Below are positions 17,194 through 27,954 of a stretch of DNA of 64,000 bases, piece by piece (the first letter of the stretch is position 1; each line of letters opens with the position of its first letter). The position numbers were made by a program, and so were the translations under genes. Under the pieces are notes generated by a model. That model was not told the DNA's origin. It searched no databases and was given only the letters and a program-made list of their open reading frames with translations. Origin of the DNA: an uncultured Bacilli bacterium (GTDB lineage Bacteria > Bacillota_I > Bacilli_A > RF39 > UBA660); NCBI GenBank assembly GCA_910587325.1, contig CAJUKB010000004.1:16988-80987 (forward strand), given 5' to 3'.

Positions 17194-18782
17194 TTTCTAA
17201 CTTCCTCATATATATCAACCCAATTAAATTCTACATCTTGTGGTATATTAAAATATTCCAACATCCAATAATTTATAGAGGGCTCTTCATAGGCTCTTGA
17301 TACTCCAAAAGAAGTATCTTTGCTTTTGTATAAAGTAATTACTTTTTCGGTTGTTCCATTATGATTTTTTAAAATGTCATAGTTTAATCTCTCAATAGCA
17401 TAATTAGCTAGATAACCATTATAAACAATACTAAAATTATAAGCACTTTTAAGAGCAAAGGGACAGATGGTGAAAACAATCGCTAAGACAAAATACAATT
17501 TACTATCTTTTAATAACTCATTAATAAATATTGCTATTAGGGCAAAAATGAAGAAGATAAATGGTAAAGCCGTTCTTCCTCCTACCACAGGAGAAACCAC
17601 TAAGCAAAATATAGAGCCACAACCACTAATGGCAATAGGAATAATTTCCATTTTCTTTTTTTGGTAGCTATATATAATCATCCATATTCCTATATATAAA
17701 ATCCAAAGTATTCCATACACAACTCCAATGATTTTAAAATGCTTTTGTAGTAAGACACAAAGAACACTTAGGATTAAAAAAAGAATATTCGATAAATAAA
17801 TGGTTCTATTTTTTATAGTAAGATCCTGACGATATTTTATTAAACAAACTAAAAATACTAGCGTTAATATCATCATAAAAATTGTCATTTCCGAACGAAA
17901 TATTACCAATAGTAGAGAAGGTAAATTTTTCATTACTTTTCCGATAAGACTTAAGCTAGCAAATTCAACATTCGTATCCATTCGAGCAAAATTTCCCGGT
18001 GCTAACAAAAGCAAAGCTAAACTAATGATACAAACCAAAACATTGGGAATATTTAATAAATTAAATTTTTTGAAATTCTTTCCTTGTTTAAAGATTATAA
18101 ATAACGTTAAAAAAGCGAACATCGCAACACCAATTTGTTCTTGAGAAAATGTTGCAAAGAAATTTAATACTAGTAGTACTAGCAGATAAAGATAATAATT
18201 TACTTTTTCTTTGTTTTCTATTTTTTCTGTTAATTTCATATATAAATAAATAAAAATAAACATAGGAAGTAATGGCCATATATACAAAATGGAAGCTGAA
18301 GCCCAATAAATTCCATGTCTTAAAAATGTCATATGAATTAATCCATACAAAATAAATAAAACAATAGGAATTAATAAATGCTTCTGCTTTGTAATTTGTT
18401 CTACTATTTTATATATAAAATAAAATATAAAAGTAATCACAACGCTTTGAATAGCAAAATAAATACCTGCGCCAAATTTTAACAAAGGAATTAAAAATAC
18501 GGATGCCCATAGTATTCTTCCTCCCCAAGTCATATAAATCATCTTACACCATTCCCATAATTGGGTGAAATTATAGTTAGTCCCTATAATATCCTCTGAT
18601 GATTGTCCATAGCTTAAAGAAGCATTTCCAAAGTCATCAAAGTACATGGCTAGCAAATGGTGCATAGCAAATAAAATAACAAAAATGACAAAAAACACAA
18701 GAAAATAATGTAAGTTATCGTTAATTTTTTGTTTTTTACTTTGTAAAAAATTTTCTAACTTTTCAAAGCTATTTCTTATCAT
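17190..18782 (-). CDS. Polytopic membrane protein, putative GT-C family
   Basis: 530 aa, more than 10 TM helices. Translationally coupled to the upstream GtrB-like gene. Confidence 0.4.
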   Translation of the reverse strand: MIRNSFEKLENFLQSKKQKINDNLHYFLVFFVIFVILFAMHHLLAMYFDDFGNASLSYGQSSEDIIGTNYNFTQLWEWCKMIYMTWGGRILWASVFLIPLLKFGAGIYFAIQSVVITFIFYFIYKIVEQITKQKHLLIPIVLFILYGLIHMTFLRHGIYWASASILYIWPLLPMFIFIYLYMKLTEKIENKEKVNYYLYLLVLLVLNFFATFSQEQIGVAMFAFLTLFIIFKQGKNFKKFNLLNIPNVLVCIISLALLLLAPGNFARMDTNVEFASLSLIGKVMKNLPSLLLVIFRSEMTIFMMILTLVFLVCLIKYRQDLTIKNRTIYLSNILFLILSVLCVLLQKHFKIIGVVYGILWILYIGIWMIIYSYQKKKMEIIPIAISGCGSIFCLVVSPVVGGRTALPFIFFIFALIAIFINELLKDSKLYFVLAIVFTICPFALKSAYNFSIVYNGYLANYAIERLNYDILKNHNGTTEKVITLYKSKDTSFGVSRAYEEPSINYWMLEYFNIPQDVEFNWVDIYEEVRK

Positions 18783-19737
18783 TTATTAAAACCTCCTCAA
18801 TCGTATATCTTGGTCTTTGTTTTGTTTCACTATAAATTTTGCCAATATATTCTCCAATAATTCCAATACAAAAAATTTGAAACCCACCAAAGAAACTAAC
18901 TAAAGTAACAATGGTAGTCCATCCTTCTACGTTTCCTGTTATAAAATGACCAATTACTACATAAAGTAGAAATATAAAACTAATAAAAGATATAAATAGA
19001 CCAAACAATGTAATAATTCTTAAAGGTTTTACACTAAAGGATAAAATTCCTTCTATGGCAAAATTCAACATCTTTTTTAAAGGATATTTACTTTCTCCCG
19101 CAAATCTTTCTTGTCTTTCGTAATACACAGTAGAAGTTTTAAATCCAATTAAAGGGATAATTCCTCTTAAAAATAAGTTTACTTCTTTATAATTTGCTAG
19201 TTCTTCTAATGCTCTTTTACTCATAAGTCGATAATCAGCATGGTTATAAACAACATCTACTCCTAAAAACTTCATAAATTTATAAAACATTTGGGCTGTG
19301 TGTTTTTTAAAAAAACTATCTTTCTTACGGTTATTTCTAACACCATATACAATGGCAGAACCTTCTAGATATTCATTCACCATTTGATCCATAACCTCTA
19401 TGTCATCTTGTAAATCGGCGTCCATACTAATCACAATGTCAGCGTATTCTTTGGCTGTCATAAGTCCTGCTAAAAGAGCATTTTGGTGTCCCCTATTTTT
19501 TGATAAATTCACACCTGTGACTAAGTTATTTTCTTGGTTGAATTTTGTAATTAATTCCCAAGTGTTATCCTTTGAGCCATCATTTACATACATGATTTTG
19601 CTTTTTTTATCAATGCGTTTATCTTTAATCATTTGGGTTAGTTTTTCTGTTAATCGTTTGGTTGTTTCTTTTAGTACTTCACTTTCGTTGTAGCAAGGTA
19701 CTACAACATATAATATATTACTTTTTTTAGTTGCCAT
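18769..19737 (-). CDS. GT2 polyprenyl-phosphate glycosyltransferase (second GtrB/CsbB-like copy)
   Basis: 322 aa. VVVPCYNESE, DGSKDNT and DADLQD motifs, with C-terminal TM helices. Confidence 0.8.
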   Translation of the reverse strand: MATKKSNILYVVVPCYNESEVLKETTKRLTEKLTQMIKDKRIDKKSKIMYVNDGSKDNTWELITKFNQENNLVTGVNLSKNRGHQNALLAGLMTAKEYADIVISMDADLQDDIEVMDQMVNEYLEGSAIVYGVRNNRKKDSFFKKHTAQMFYKFMKFLGVDVVYNHADYRLMSKRALEELANYKEVNLFLRGIIPLIGFKTSTVYYERQERFAGESKYPLKKMLNFAIEGILSFSVKPLRIITLFGLFISFISFIFLLYVVIGHFITGNVEGWTTIVTLVSFFGGFQIFCIGIIGEYIGKIYSETKQRPRYTIEEVLINDKK

Positions 19738-19843
19738 GTAAATCCTCCACCCTATATATTTATTATAGCACGTATTTTGGGAATAATTGTAAATAAGTGG
19801 AAATTTGGATCAAAAGAAAAAGTTATATCGTTTCAAATAACTT

Positions 19844-21823
19844 TTATTTCTTTTCATAAATTTTTATATATTTGGCTACTTGTATTTTTTTATCATATTT
19901 TTGAAAATACTCTTCCATTTTGCTTTTCACTATTTTTTTATTTTCAAGTTTATGAATGGCTTCTAGATAATTTTCTAAAGTATCTCCTTTTAACACTATT
20001 CCATTTCCCGAATTTATTAGTTCCTTTACAGCACTTGTTCCTAATACAATTACTGGAGTTCCACAGGCTACCGACTCTAATGTAGTCAACGAAAAAGTTT
20101 CTTCTTTAGAAGGATTTATAAATACGCTTGCTTTTGTATAAAGAACTGCTAATTCATCTTGATTTTCAGTTCGTTGTATACCAATCATATTCGGTTTTAA
20201 CTTTTTTAATTGTATTTTATTTAATCCTACTAAAACTATTTTATATTCATCATCGATTTTTTCTGCTAGTTCTTTAAATACTTTTAATCCTTTTCTCTCA
20301 TCCCAGACACTTGCAACACCTAAGATTATTTTTTTGTTGTTTGGTATATTATATTTGAACAATACATTGGTATCTTCACTTGGCTTAAATAGTTCATAAT
20401 TTATCCAATTATGAACTGTAATAATTGGGTACTTTGAAAAAAAGGATTGTTCTACTAATTTTTTTAACCAATCAGATGGAGTTATAATCGTTAAATTTGA
20501 AATATTTGTGAATAATTCTTTTTTCTCCATATAATTCTTTTTAGAACGATCATAAAATAAACTAATGGGATATTGTTTTTTATTAGGACATTTAAAACAT
20601 TGTTCTTTCCATCTGTTACAATCTATTGCTACAAAATGAGGGCAATGTCCCGTAAAAGGATAACAATCATGGAAAGTCCAAAATAATTTTCCACTAAATT
20701 CATTTTTTAAATACGTAAATAAAACTTTATAGTTTAAATAATATCCATGAATATTATGAAGATGAATAATATCGGGATTTTCTTCTTTTAAAATTCGTAC
20801 TATTTTTTTTGTTTTGAAATAAGAGCCATGCCCATTCAAATCAAAAACAGTTGTAATAAAAACATGAAACCAAAAGGAAAAAAAACCTCCTACTTTAATA
20901 CACTTTAAATCTTTGTATCCTTTTCTTCTAGCATATATTACTAATGTTTCATAGCCTTCGCTATTGGCTTTTCTTCCAATATCTCCCATAATTTTACCAG
21001 TTGAACCATTGCATACTGAATTAATTTGAATTAGTTTTGGTTGCTTTTTTTTTACTTGTAATGCACGTTTAATTTCTTTTTTGTTATTGATAGCAAATCT
21101 TTGGTGATACATTCCAAAAGTTCTTTTTATATTTGTTAGAAACGGAAGTAATACTTTATTCTTTTTTAATACTTTATAGCTTTCTTTAAAATTATTATAG
21201 TATCCTTTTAAACCATTTGTACTGGCTCCTCCTGCACGCATGTAAACAAAATAATCATTTATGTATTTTAAATTCACATTATTTTTTATTAATCTTAACA
21301 TAAAGTCTAAATCCGCAGAAACTCTAAAATTTAAATCAAAGTTTCCATATTTCTCATACACTTCTTTTTTTAAATATAACGTTGGATGTGGCATATGCCA
21401 ACCAAATTTTTTAGATATTTTTTTTGACTTAAATAAACGATATGGTTTCTCTAATTTTTCATCTAGCATTAAAAGATTAGAATAAACACCATCTGTTTTT
21501 TTGATATTCTCTACTACGGATTGGAAAACGTTTGGGTGGGCTAAAATATCATCGGAATTAATAATTCCTATGATATTTCCATTTGCAAGTTTTATTCCCT
21601 TGTTCATAGCATCAAAAAGACCTTTGTCACTTTCTGAAACCCATTTTAATTTTCCATTAAATTTTTTTTCATATTCTTTTACTATGTTTAATGTACTGTC
21701 TTTACTTTTTCCATCTATAATCAAATATTCGTAATTGTCATAGTTTTGCGATAGCACACTTTCTAGAGTGTCTTTTATTGTTTTTTCAGCATTAAAGCAT
21801 ACAGTTATTATAGTTATTTTCAT
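19844..21823 (-). CDS. Bifunctional glycosyltransferase (N-terminal GT2 plus C-terminal GT4)
   Basis: 659 aa. GT2 signature ITVCFNAEKTI...DGKSKDST...NSDD, and a C-terminal GT4 EX7E-like region (SKEETFSLTTLESVACGTPVI). Confidence 0.7.
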   Translation of the reverse strand: MKITIITVCFNAEKTIKDTLESVLSQNYDNYEYLIIDGKSKDSTLNIVKEYEKKFNGKLKWVSESDKGLFDAMNKGIKLANGNIIGIINSDDILAHPNVFQSVVENIKKTDGVYSNLLMLDEKLEKPYRLFKSKKISKKFGWHMPHPTLYLKKEVYEKYGNFDLNFRVSADLDFMLRLIKNNVNLKYINDYFVYMRAGGASTNGLKGYYNNFKESYKVLKKNKVLLPFLTNIKRTFGMYHQRFAINNKKEIKRALQVKKKQPKLIQINSVCNGSTGKIMGDIGRKANSEGYETLVIYARRKGYKDLKCIKVGGFFSFWFHVFITTVFDLNGHGSYFKTKKIVRILKEENPDIIHLHNIHGYYLNYKVLFTYLKNEFSGKLFWTFHDCYPFTGHCPHFVAIDCNRWKEQCFKCPNKKQYPISLFYDRSKKNYMEKKELFTNISNLTIITPSDWLKKLVEQSFFSKYPIITVHNWINYELFKPSEDTNVLFKYNIPNNKKIILGVASVWDERKGLKVFKELAEKIDDEYKIVLVGLNKIQLKKLKPNMIGIQRTENQDELAVLYTKASVFINPSKEETFSLTTLESVACGTPVIVLGTSAVKELINSGNGIVLKGDTLENYLEAIHKLENKKIVKSKMEEYFQKYDKKIQVAKYIKIYEKK

Positions 21824-21883
21824 AATTTTACTCCATTTTTATTTTATATGCATTCATTATATCATAGTTTAATTTACTAGATA

Positions 21884-23020
21884 TTAATTTATTTTTGGGA
21901 TTTCTTTTAAAATTTTTTTCATTTGTTCATTAAAATCATAGTTTTGTGCAATGTCTCTATTTTTTGTAAAAATATCTTGATAAACATTGTTATATTTATT
22001 TATAGTTTCTTCTATTGTTTTTGCTAAATCTTCAGAAGTACTTTCACAGAAAAAAGCCGTATCTAAAAATTTCTCAAATCCTGCAAATTTTGTTGAAATA
22101 AGTACTCTTCCAGAGGCTAAATACTCCATATATTTTGATGGAAAATTATTTTGATTTTCTGGCATATTCATATTTCTTGGATTTATTAAAATATGAGCAG
22201 TTCCTAAAGTATCTAAATACTCCTCATAAGGCATACTACCTTTAAAAATAATTCTTTTGTCTTTTTTTGCTTGCTCTATTATTTCATTTTCGAGTACCCC
22301 CTTACCGCTAAAAATAAATTCTATATTTGGATTTTTTATCTTTTTTATGGCTTCTAACAATAAATCTACACCTGTGACATCTTTTAAGGCCCCTGAATAC
22401 ATTACTCTCAATTTTTCATTTTTAACAAGTGGTAATGCTTTGAATTTTTTTGTTAAGAAGTCCGTTAAATTGATACCACCTTCTATGCAGATAAATTTTT
22501 GTTTTTTTCTTAATTTATTTTTTATATTGCTTGATAAACCTACTACTAAATCATATTTTCTCATATCAAAAAGACATACCTTAGCAAATAATTTCATAAA
22601 TAAACTACTATAACTTTCTGTACCACTATAATCTGCTAAGATGACAATAGACTTACATTTTCTATGGCAAGCCATACATGGTAATAGTAACCAAGGATAA
22701 CAGACATTATAAGCGATAACTGCATCTGTTTCTTTTAATACTTTTTTTAATTTTTTTCTATATATAAACATGCTTTTTATAATATTACCATTTTTAAACA
22801 CATAATCTTTATCTTTTTCATAAGAAATCATTTTCTTTACTAATTCTGTTTTCTCATTCTCAATAGGATATCCTATATAATTCAAAGAAGTTATCTCTTC
22901 ATTATTCTTTTTTAGATATGTATATATATTGTTTTGAAAACGATTTCCAGATAGAGATAAATCATGTAATTCTAAATCTAAACTTTCAGGTAAATTGGTC
23001 CCGCAAAATATTATTTTCAT
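21884..23020 (-). CDS. GT4 (GT1-clan) glycosyltransferase
   Basis: 378 aa. C-terminal motif FPSKYMEYLASGRVLI. Confidence 0.65.
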   Translation of the reverse strand: MKIIFCGTNLPESLDLELHDLSLSGNRFQNNIYTYLKKNNEEITSLNYIGYPIENEKTELVKKMISYEKDKDYVFKNGNIIKSMFIYRKKLKKVLKETDAVIAYNVCYPWLLLPCMACHRKCKSIVILADYSGTESYSSLFMKLFAKVCLFDMRKYDLVVGLSSNIKNKLRKKQKFICIEGGINLTDFLTKKFKALPLVKNEKLRVMYSGALKDVTGVDLLLEAIKKIKNPNIEFIFSGKGVLENEIIEQAKKDKRIIFKGSMPYEEYLDTLGTAHILINPRNMNMPENQNNFPSKYMEYLASGRVLISTKFAGFEKFLDTAFFCESTSEDLAKTIEETINKYNNVYQDIFTKNRDIAQNYDFNEQMKKILKEIPKIN

Positions 23021-23022
23021 TT

Positions 23023-24003
23023 TTATTTTTCCTCTTTTCTTAAACCAAGTAGTATATAAAAAATACTAGGCAATTTTAATTTTTTTATTATTTTTTGATA
23101 GATGATAATTATCATAACTGTAATCCCTAAAGTAATAAATGGACGTATGAATAAAAAGAAACCATTGTTAAATAAGTTACATATTCTAGTGACTACTCCT
23201 GCGATTGGCATATGCATTAAGTAAATTGAAAATGAATTTTTTCCTATGAATTGAACCATTTTATTGTCTAATTTTTTATCATATAGTTTACTTACTAGAA
23301 TTAAGAAGGAAAGTAAGACTGTTATAAATCCAAAATAAGAAAAATAAGATAATTTTATATCAAAAACTAAATGAAGTAAAATAATAACAATAATGCTAAT
23401 ATAAGGAAGTTTTATTTTCTCTTTTATTCTAGGTAATAGTTTGTATTGATTAATATACATGCCAATCATAAAATATATAATCCAATTAAAAATATTGATA
23501 TAGGAAAAACTAGCCAATTTCTCATAAAATACAATAGTTAATATATTACTTATGAGAGATAATAATACCCCTACCACTTCGATTTTTGCATTCTTATGAA
23601 AAAATAATAAGTATAGTAAAAATAAAACAGTTAGGTAATATAAATAAGATCCGTATCCTAATAAAAATAGAAAATAATTTATTAAAGATAGATTTCCATT
23701 AAAATAAAAGACACTTACATATACAATTGTTCCAATAAACATCCAAGGAATACTTATATTTCGTAATTTTAATTTCCAAAATTCTTTAAAAGAATGCTTA
23801 TTATTATAAAAGAAATATCCTGATAAGATAAAAAATATACCTACTCCTAAGCAACCAAAATAATCATAAAATTTGGAAATTATGATACTTATCAAAGAAG
23901 CATTTTCTGTAATTGGTGTAATGTGGGCACAAATAACGCTAAATATAGCAAAGGCTTTTAAATAATAAAAAATGTTTTCTTTATTTTTGAGCATTTTTAT
24001 CAC
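23023..24003 (-). CDS. Acyltransferase family 3 membrane O-acyltransferase
   Basis: 326 aa, polytopic. The N-terminal AFAIFSVICAHIT motif is typical of acyltransferase_3. Confidence 0.55.
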   Translation of the reverse strand: MIKMLKNKENIFYYLKAFAIFSVICAHITPITENASLISIIISKFYDYFGCLGVGIFFILSGYFFYNNKHSFKEFWKLKLRNISIPWMFIGTIVYVSVFYFNGNLSLINYFLFLLGYGSYLYYLTVLFLLYLLFFHKNAKIEVVGVLLSLISNILTIVFYEKLASFSYINIFNWIIYFMIGMYINQYKLLPRIKEKIKLPYISIIVIILLHLVFDIKLSYFSYFGFITVLLSFLILVSKLYDKKLDNKMVQFIGKNSFSIYLMHMPIAGVVTRICNLFNNGFFLFIRPFITLGITVMIIIIYQKIIKKLKLPSIFYILLGLRKEEK

Positions 24004-24007
24004 CTAC

Positions 24008-25531
24008 TCACGCTTTTCTTATCTTTTTTATTATTTTTTTTACTTCTTCCTTAAGATATTGAAATTCTTTTGTTTTAAAATTGAATATTACAAATAATAT
24101 ACTGTAGGTAATTGCAATAATTATACCTTTTGTAATTAGATTAAAGATGTTATTTTCAATATAAATCTTTGAAAGAAAAAGTGTTAATAAAAATCCTGTA
24201 CCAATCAAAAATAATAATTTCATTATGTATTTTATATAATAAGAACTAACAGAACTTTTAAAAATATTTTTATAAATTATTAAAGGGCGAATCCATATGG
24301 TACTTACAAGGTAACTAATCATGGTTCCAAGTAACACCCCTAAAAGGCCAATGTTTTTTACTAAAGCAATTGAAATCATTAAGTTAATAATGGCTTGAAT
24401 TAGTGGAATATATTTGTCTTTTTCATAAATACCTGCTGCACTTTTTACTGTATCTAAAGGAAGTAACATACTCGCAAGATAGAAATTCATACATATGACT
24501 ACAATACAATAGTTATCTATCATATAATTTTCACCAAAACACATGGCAATGAATGGATTTAAAAGAAAATACAATTCTACTACCATAAAAGCCGTTATGC
24601 CAAATACAATAAAATTCATAATGTTAAAAACATTTTCTTGTGTTTTATTGTCTCCTTTAGCGATTAGATTTCCAAAACTGGCTGTAATTCCACTTGTAAT
24701 ACTATTTACAATACTTTTTAAAATTGTGGTTATAGATAGAAAATTAGAGTAAATCCCTACTACACCTATTCCTACAAATTTAGAGATTATAATACTATCT
24801 GTTCCATTTAACAAATAGTTGCCTATTTTTTGGGTGAACATACTTTTTACATTTTTTTTAATCACGTTCAATTCTTTTGTTTCTAATTTTTCTTTTGAGT
24901 TAAAATCTATATCCTTATAAACTTTACTTATATATCTATTAATTATAATTCTTTGGATTGATTGTACTAAGATTTTGATTAAAATATATATCATAAAATT
25001 TTTGGTTAAATATAAGAATATTATTTGTAGTACATTGGTACTAAAAATGGCTATGATATTGTATTTATTTATTTTATAATTTTTTTGGTCTGCAATAATT
25101 AAGACTTCCTTATATGTAATAAGATAAGTCATTGCAGAATCAATTAAGTATAATATATAAATAATATAAAAGTTGGCAATATTAGTATTATCAATAAAAT
25201 GGGTTAAAAATGGCATAATGAGAAAGCCTATTATTAATATAAAAATTCCAACTATTTGATAAATTTTTTTATATAGGGTCATCAAGGAACTTATTTTTTT
25301 TACATTATTTTCAGCAAGAGGTTTATATAAACTAAAACTTATTGATAAAGTAATACCTAACTCTGCTAAAGAAAACATTGAAATTAAATTGACAAAGACA
25401 CTTTCTACTCCAAGGTAGTCCTGTCCTAATATTTTTGTAAAGACAATTCGAACAACAAAAGATAAAATGGTTTGGATAACTAAAACCAATAAATTGGTTA
25501 TAATATTTAATGTTGAAAATTTTGTTCTCAT
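24008..25531 (-). CDS. wzx: Wzx-type oligosaccharide flippase (MOP superfamily polysaccharide biosynthesis protein)
   Basis: 507 aa, about 14 TM helices, typical PST-family N-terminus. Confidence 0.65.
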   Translation of the reverse strand: MRTKFSTLNIITNLLVLVIQTILSFVVRIVFTKILGQDYLGVESVFVNLISMFSLAELGITLSISFSLYKPLAENNVKKISSLMTLYKKIYQIVGIFILIIGFLIMPFLTHFIDNTNIANFYIIYILYLIDSAMTYLITYKEVLIIADQKNYKINKYNIIAIFSTNVLQIIFLYLTKNFMIYILIKILVQSIQRIIINRYISKVYKDIDFNSKEKLETKELNVIKKNVKSMFTQKIGNYLLNGTDSIIISKFVGIGVVGIYSNFLSITTILKSIVNSITSGITASFGNLIAKGDNKTQENVFNIMNFIVFGITAFMVVELYFLLNPFIAMCFGENYMIDNYCIVVICMNFYLASMLLPLDTVKSAAGIYEKDKYIPLIQAIINLMISIALVKNIGLLGVLLGTMISYLVSTIWIRPLIIYKNIFKSSVSSYYIKYIMKLLFLIGTGFLLTLFLSKIYIENNIFNLITKGIIIAITYSILFVIFNFKTKEFQYLKEEVKKIIKKIRKA

Positions 25532-26634
25532 TTCATCTTTTCCTTTTTTATAATGTCTTCAAATATAAGAATGTGGTCTTCTACCATTTGTTCAATATAA
25601 TAGTCTTTAATTTTATTCAGATTATTTTTTCCAATTTCATATAATTCTTTATCATTTAGTTTGTTAAATTTTTCTAATAGAGTTATAAATTGATTTTGAT
25701 TATTTATATCAAGTAAATATTCTTTTGGCAATAATTCTAGTGCAGCGAGTGCTTTGTCACTTGCTATTATAGGTAAACCGTTCGCCATGGCTTCGTTAAC
25801 AACAAGCCCCCAAATATCATAACGAGTGGGAAAGAAAAAAATATCAGACATTTTGTAAAGTTCTAGGATTTCTTTTTTATCTTTAAATCCAATTAAAAAA
25901 ACATTCTCTATTTTATTATGATCAATAAATTTTTGATATTCTACCATTTGATTTCCAATGCCTGCAATTAAAAATGCAGTATCTTTTAATTTTACATTCT
26001 TAATTGCTTCTAAAAAAATATCATATCCTTTTCGATATACTAATTGCCCAACACTAAAAAAAATTCTTTTGTAATTGTATCCTAGTTTTTTTCTTAACTG
26101 TAATTTTTTAGAATATGTTATGGGAGAAGCAAGAATATCTTGCTTATTTAAAGAAGTAAAATGAAACGTATAAATATTTTCTGCTTTTGCGCCATAGGCT
26201 TTTAAATACTCACTTGTCCCTTTTCCAGTTGAAAGCCAATAAGAAGCAGAACTCATAAAAAATGTTTTAATCCATTTGGTAAAGATGTATTTATCTTCAG
26301 CAAAACCGCCATCTGCAGATATAACGTATTTCTTTTTCTTCGACTTTAGAATAAAACGGGCTAAGGCAGAAACTTTAGAAGCATAGTTTCCCATTATTAT
26401 TACATCATAGTCCTCTTTTAAAAATTGATTTAATTCTTTAAAAAAATGTTTTTTTAAAACATAATATTTAAAGTGATAGATATTATCTTTATACCATTCT
26501 TCATTTCGAATGGAATTATTTCTTTCTTCAAATAAAACCGTTAAGTCGCATCTTTTGGCTAATAGGTTGAAAAAAGTAACTCTATATGGAGCCGGAATAT
26601 TGGTCATAAATAAAACTTTCATAGCATAACTCAT
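25528..26634 (-). CDS. GT4 glycosyltransferase
   Basis: 368 aa. FFFPTRYDIWGLVVNEAMANGLPII motif. Confidence 0.7.
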   Translation of the reverse strand: MSYAMKVLFMTNIPAPYRVTFFNLLAKRCDLTVLFEERNNSIRNEEWYKDNIYHFKYYVLKKHFFKELNQFLKEDYDVIIMGNYASKVSALARFILKSKKKKYVISADGGFAEDKYIFTKWIKTFFMSSASYWLSTGKGTSEYLKAYGAKAENIYTFHFTSLNKQDILASPITYSKKLQLRKKLGYNYKRIFFSVGQLVYRKGYDIFLEAIKNVKLKDTAFLIAGIGNQMVEYQKFIDHNKIENVFLIGFKDKKEILELYKMSDIFFFPTRYDIWGLVVNEAMANGLPIIASDKALAALELLPKEYLLDINNQNQFITLLEKFNKLNDKELYEIGKNNLNKIKDYYIEQMVEDHILIFEDIIKKEKMK

Positions 26635-26792
26635 TCCTTTATTTATTTTCTAATAATATTATACAATAGTCAATCTTTGAAATAAAGGAATTTGATACCA
26701 ATTCTTAAAAATTCACATGATCGCAATTATAAAATTTTTATCCTTTCTTTTTAAGAAGGATAATTCATTTTTATCTGTTCTACCATACATTT

Positions 26793-26825
26793 AGATGTTT
26801 TATAAAAAATCATACATTTCGTATG
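26793..26825 (-). terminator. Rho-independent terminator after the GT2/DUF2304 operon
   Basis: 10-bp stem AAAATCATAC/GTATGATTTT with a 5-nt loop, followed by a T-run on the minus strand, just downstream of the stop at 26833. Confidence 0.5.
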
Positions 26826-26832
26826 ATTTTGG

Positions 26833-27174
26833 CTAATTTTTTTGATTATTTTCTATCTTGCATTTTAACAAAGTTAAATTTTGCTCAAGTTCTATAATTT
26901 CTTCTTGTTGTTTGGTAATTCTTTTAGAATTTCTAAAATTCATCAATACCAAAAATAAAATACAGATAACGAATAGTAATGACGGCGGATACGTAACCCC
27001 TAAATAAGTGGCTAAAAAATCGATACATTGTGGAAATATAGCAAGTAGAAGCATTAAAAGAACCCCTAGTATCCAATAAAAACTTTCTTTGATAGAAAAT
27101 CTTTTCTTTCTTACTTCGTTTAGAATATAAAATCCTATTATTAAAGTCCCTACAATAAAATAGATTTTCTTCAT
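26833..27174 (-). CDS. DUF2304-family small membrane protein (partner of DPM1-like GT2)
   Basis: 113 aa with 3 TM helices. It immediately follows and overlaps a DPM1-like GT2 gene. Confidence 0.5.
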   Translation of the reverse strand: MKKIYFIVGTLIIGFYILNEVRKKRFSIKESFYWILGVLLMLLLAIFPQCIDFLATYLGVTYPPSLLFVICILFLVLMNFRNSKRITKQQEEIIELEQNLTLLKCKIENNQKN

Positions 27175-27914
27175 TATTTCACTTTCTTTCTTCCAATATT
27201 TTGTATGACAATTAGTACTATTGCATAAAACATATGCACCATATATTTAATTGGCTTAATAATACCACCATGCATACTTTCACCATTTTCGCGTATTCTC
27301 ATTTTAACAGGCACTTCTTCGATTTTGAATCCTTTATAGAGCATTTCAATTACGAGATTAGCATCTGGAAATTCGGGATATGCCCCTTTTTTAGCATATT
27401 CTTGGATTACTTTCTTATTTAAACATTGGAAGCCTGATAATGGATCGACTATTTTTTTATTACAAAAAATCCTTATCATCATTTCAAATATCTTTGTTCC
27501 AACTCTTCTAAAAAAAGGACAAGGATACCCTAAATCTTTTAAATATCTAGATCCAATCACAATATCACAATTCTTTTTTTTCATTGTTTCAAATAATTTG
27601 ACTGCTTCATTTGGAATATGTTGTCCATCTGCATCCATTTGAATTACGTAATCGTAATCATTTTCATATGCATACTTAATTCCCGTTTGAACTGACATAG
27701 CATATTTCATATTATAGATATTATTCAAATAATTTATTTTATTTTTTATTAATAATTCTTCTGTATTGTCTTTAGAACAATCATTAATCACTAATACATC
27801 AAAGTTTTTTGGAACATCCTTTTTTATTTCTTTGATGACTTTTAAAATATTTTCTGCTTCATTATAAGCAGGGATAACTATTAAAACTTTATCTTTACTC
27901 TTCATTTTCATCAC
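27174..27914 (-). CDS. GT2 glycosyltransferase, dolichol/polyprenyl-phosphate sugar transferase-like
   Basis: 246 aa. VIPAYNEAENI, DCSKDNT and DADGQH motifs. Confidence 0.75.
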   Translation of the reverse strand: MMKMKSKDKVLIVIPAYNEAENILKVIKEIKKDVPKNFDVLVINDCSKDNTEELLIKNKINYLNNIYNMKYAMSVQTGIKYAYENDYDYVIQMDADGQHIPNEAVKLFETMKKKNCDIVIGSRYLKDLGYPCPFFRRVGTKIFEMMIRIFCNKKIVDPLSGFQCLNKKVIQEYAKKGAYPEFPDANLVIEMLYKGFKIEEVPVKMRIRENGESMHGGIIKPIKYMVHMFYAIVLIVIQNIGRKKVK

Positions 27915-27954
27915 TTATATTCATTCTAACACAGAAGATTTTAGAAGTAAAATT

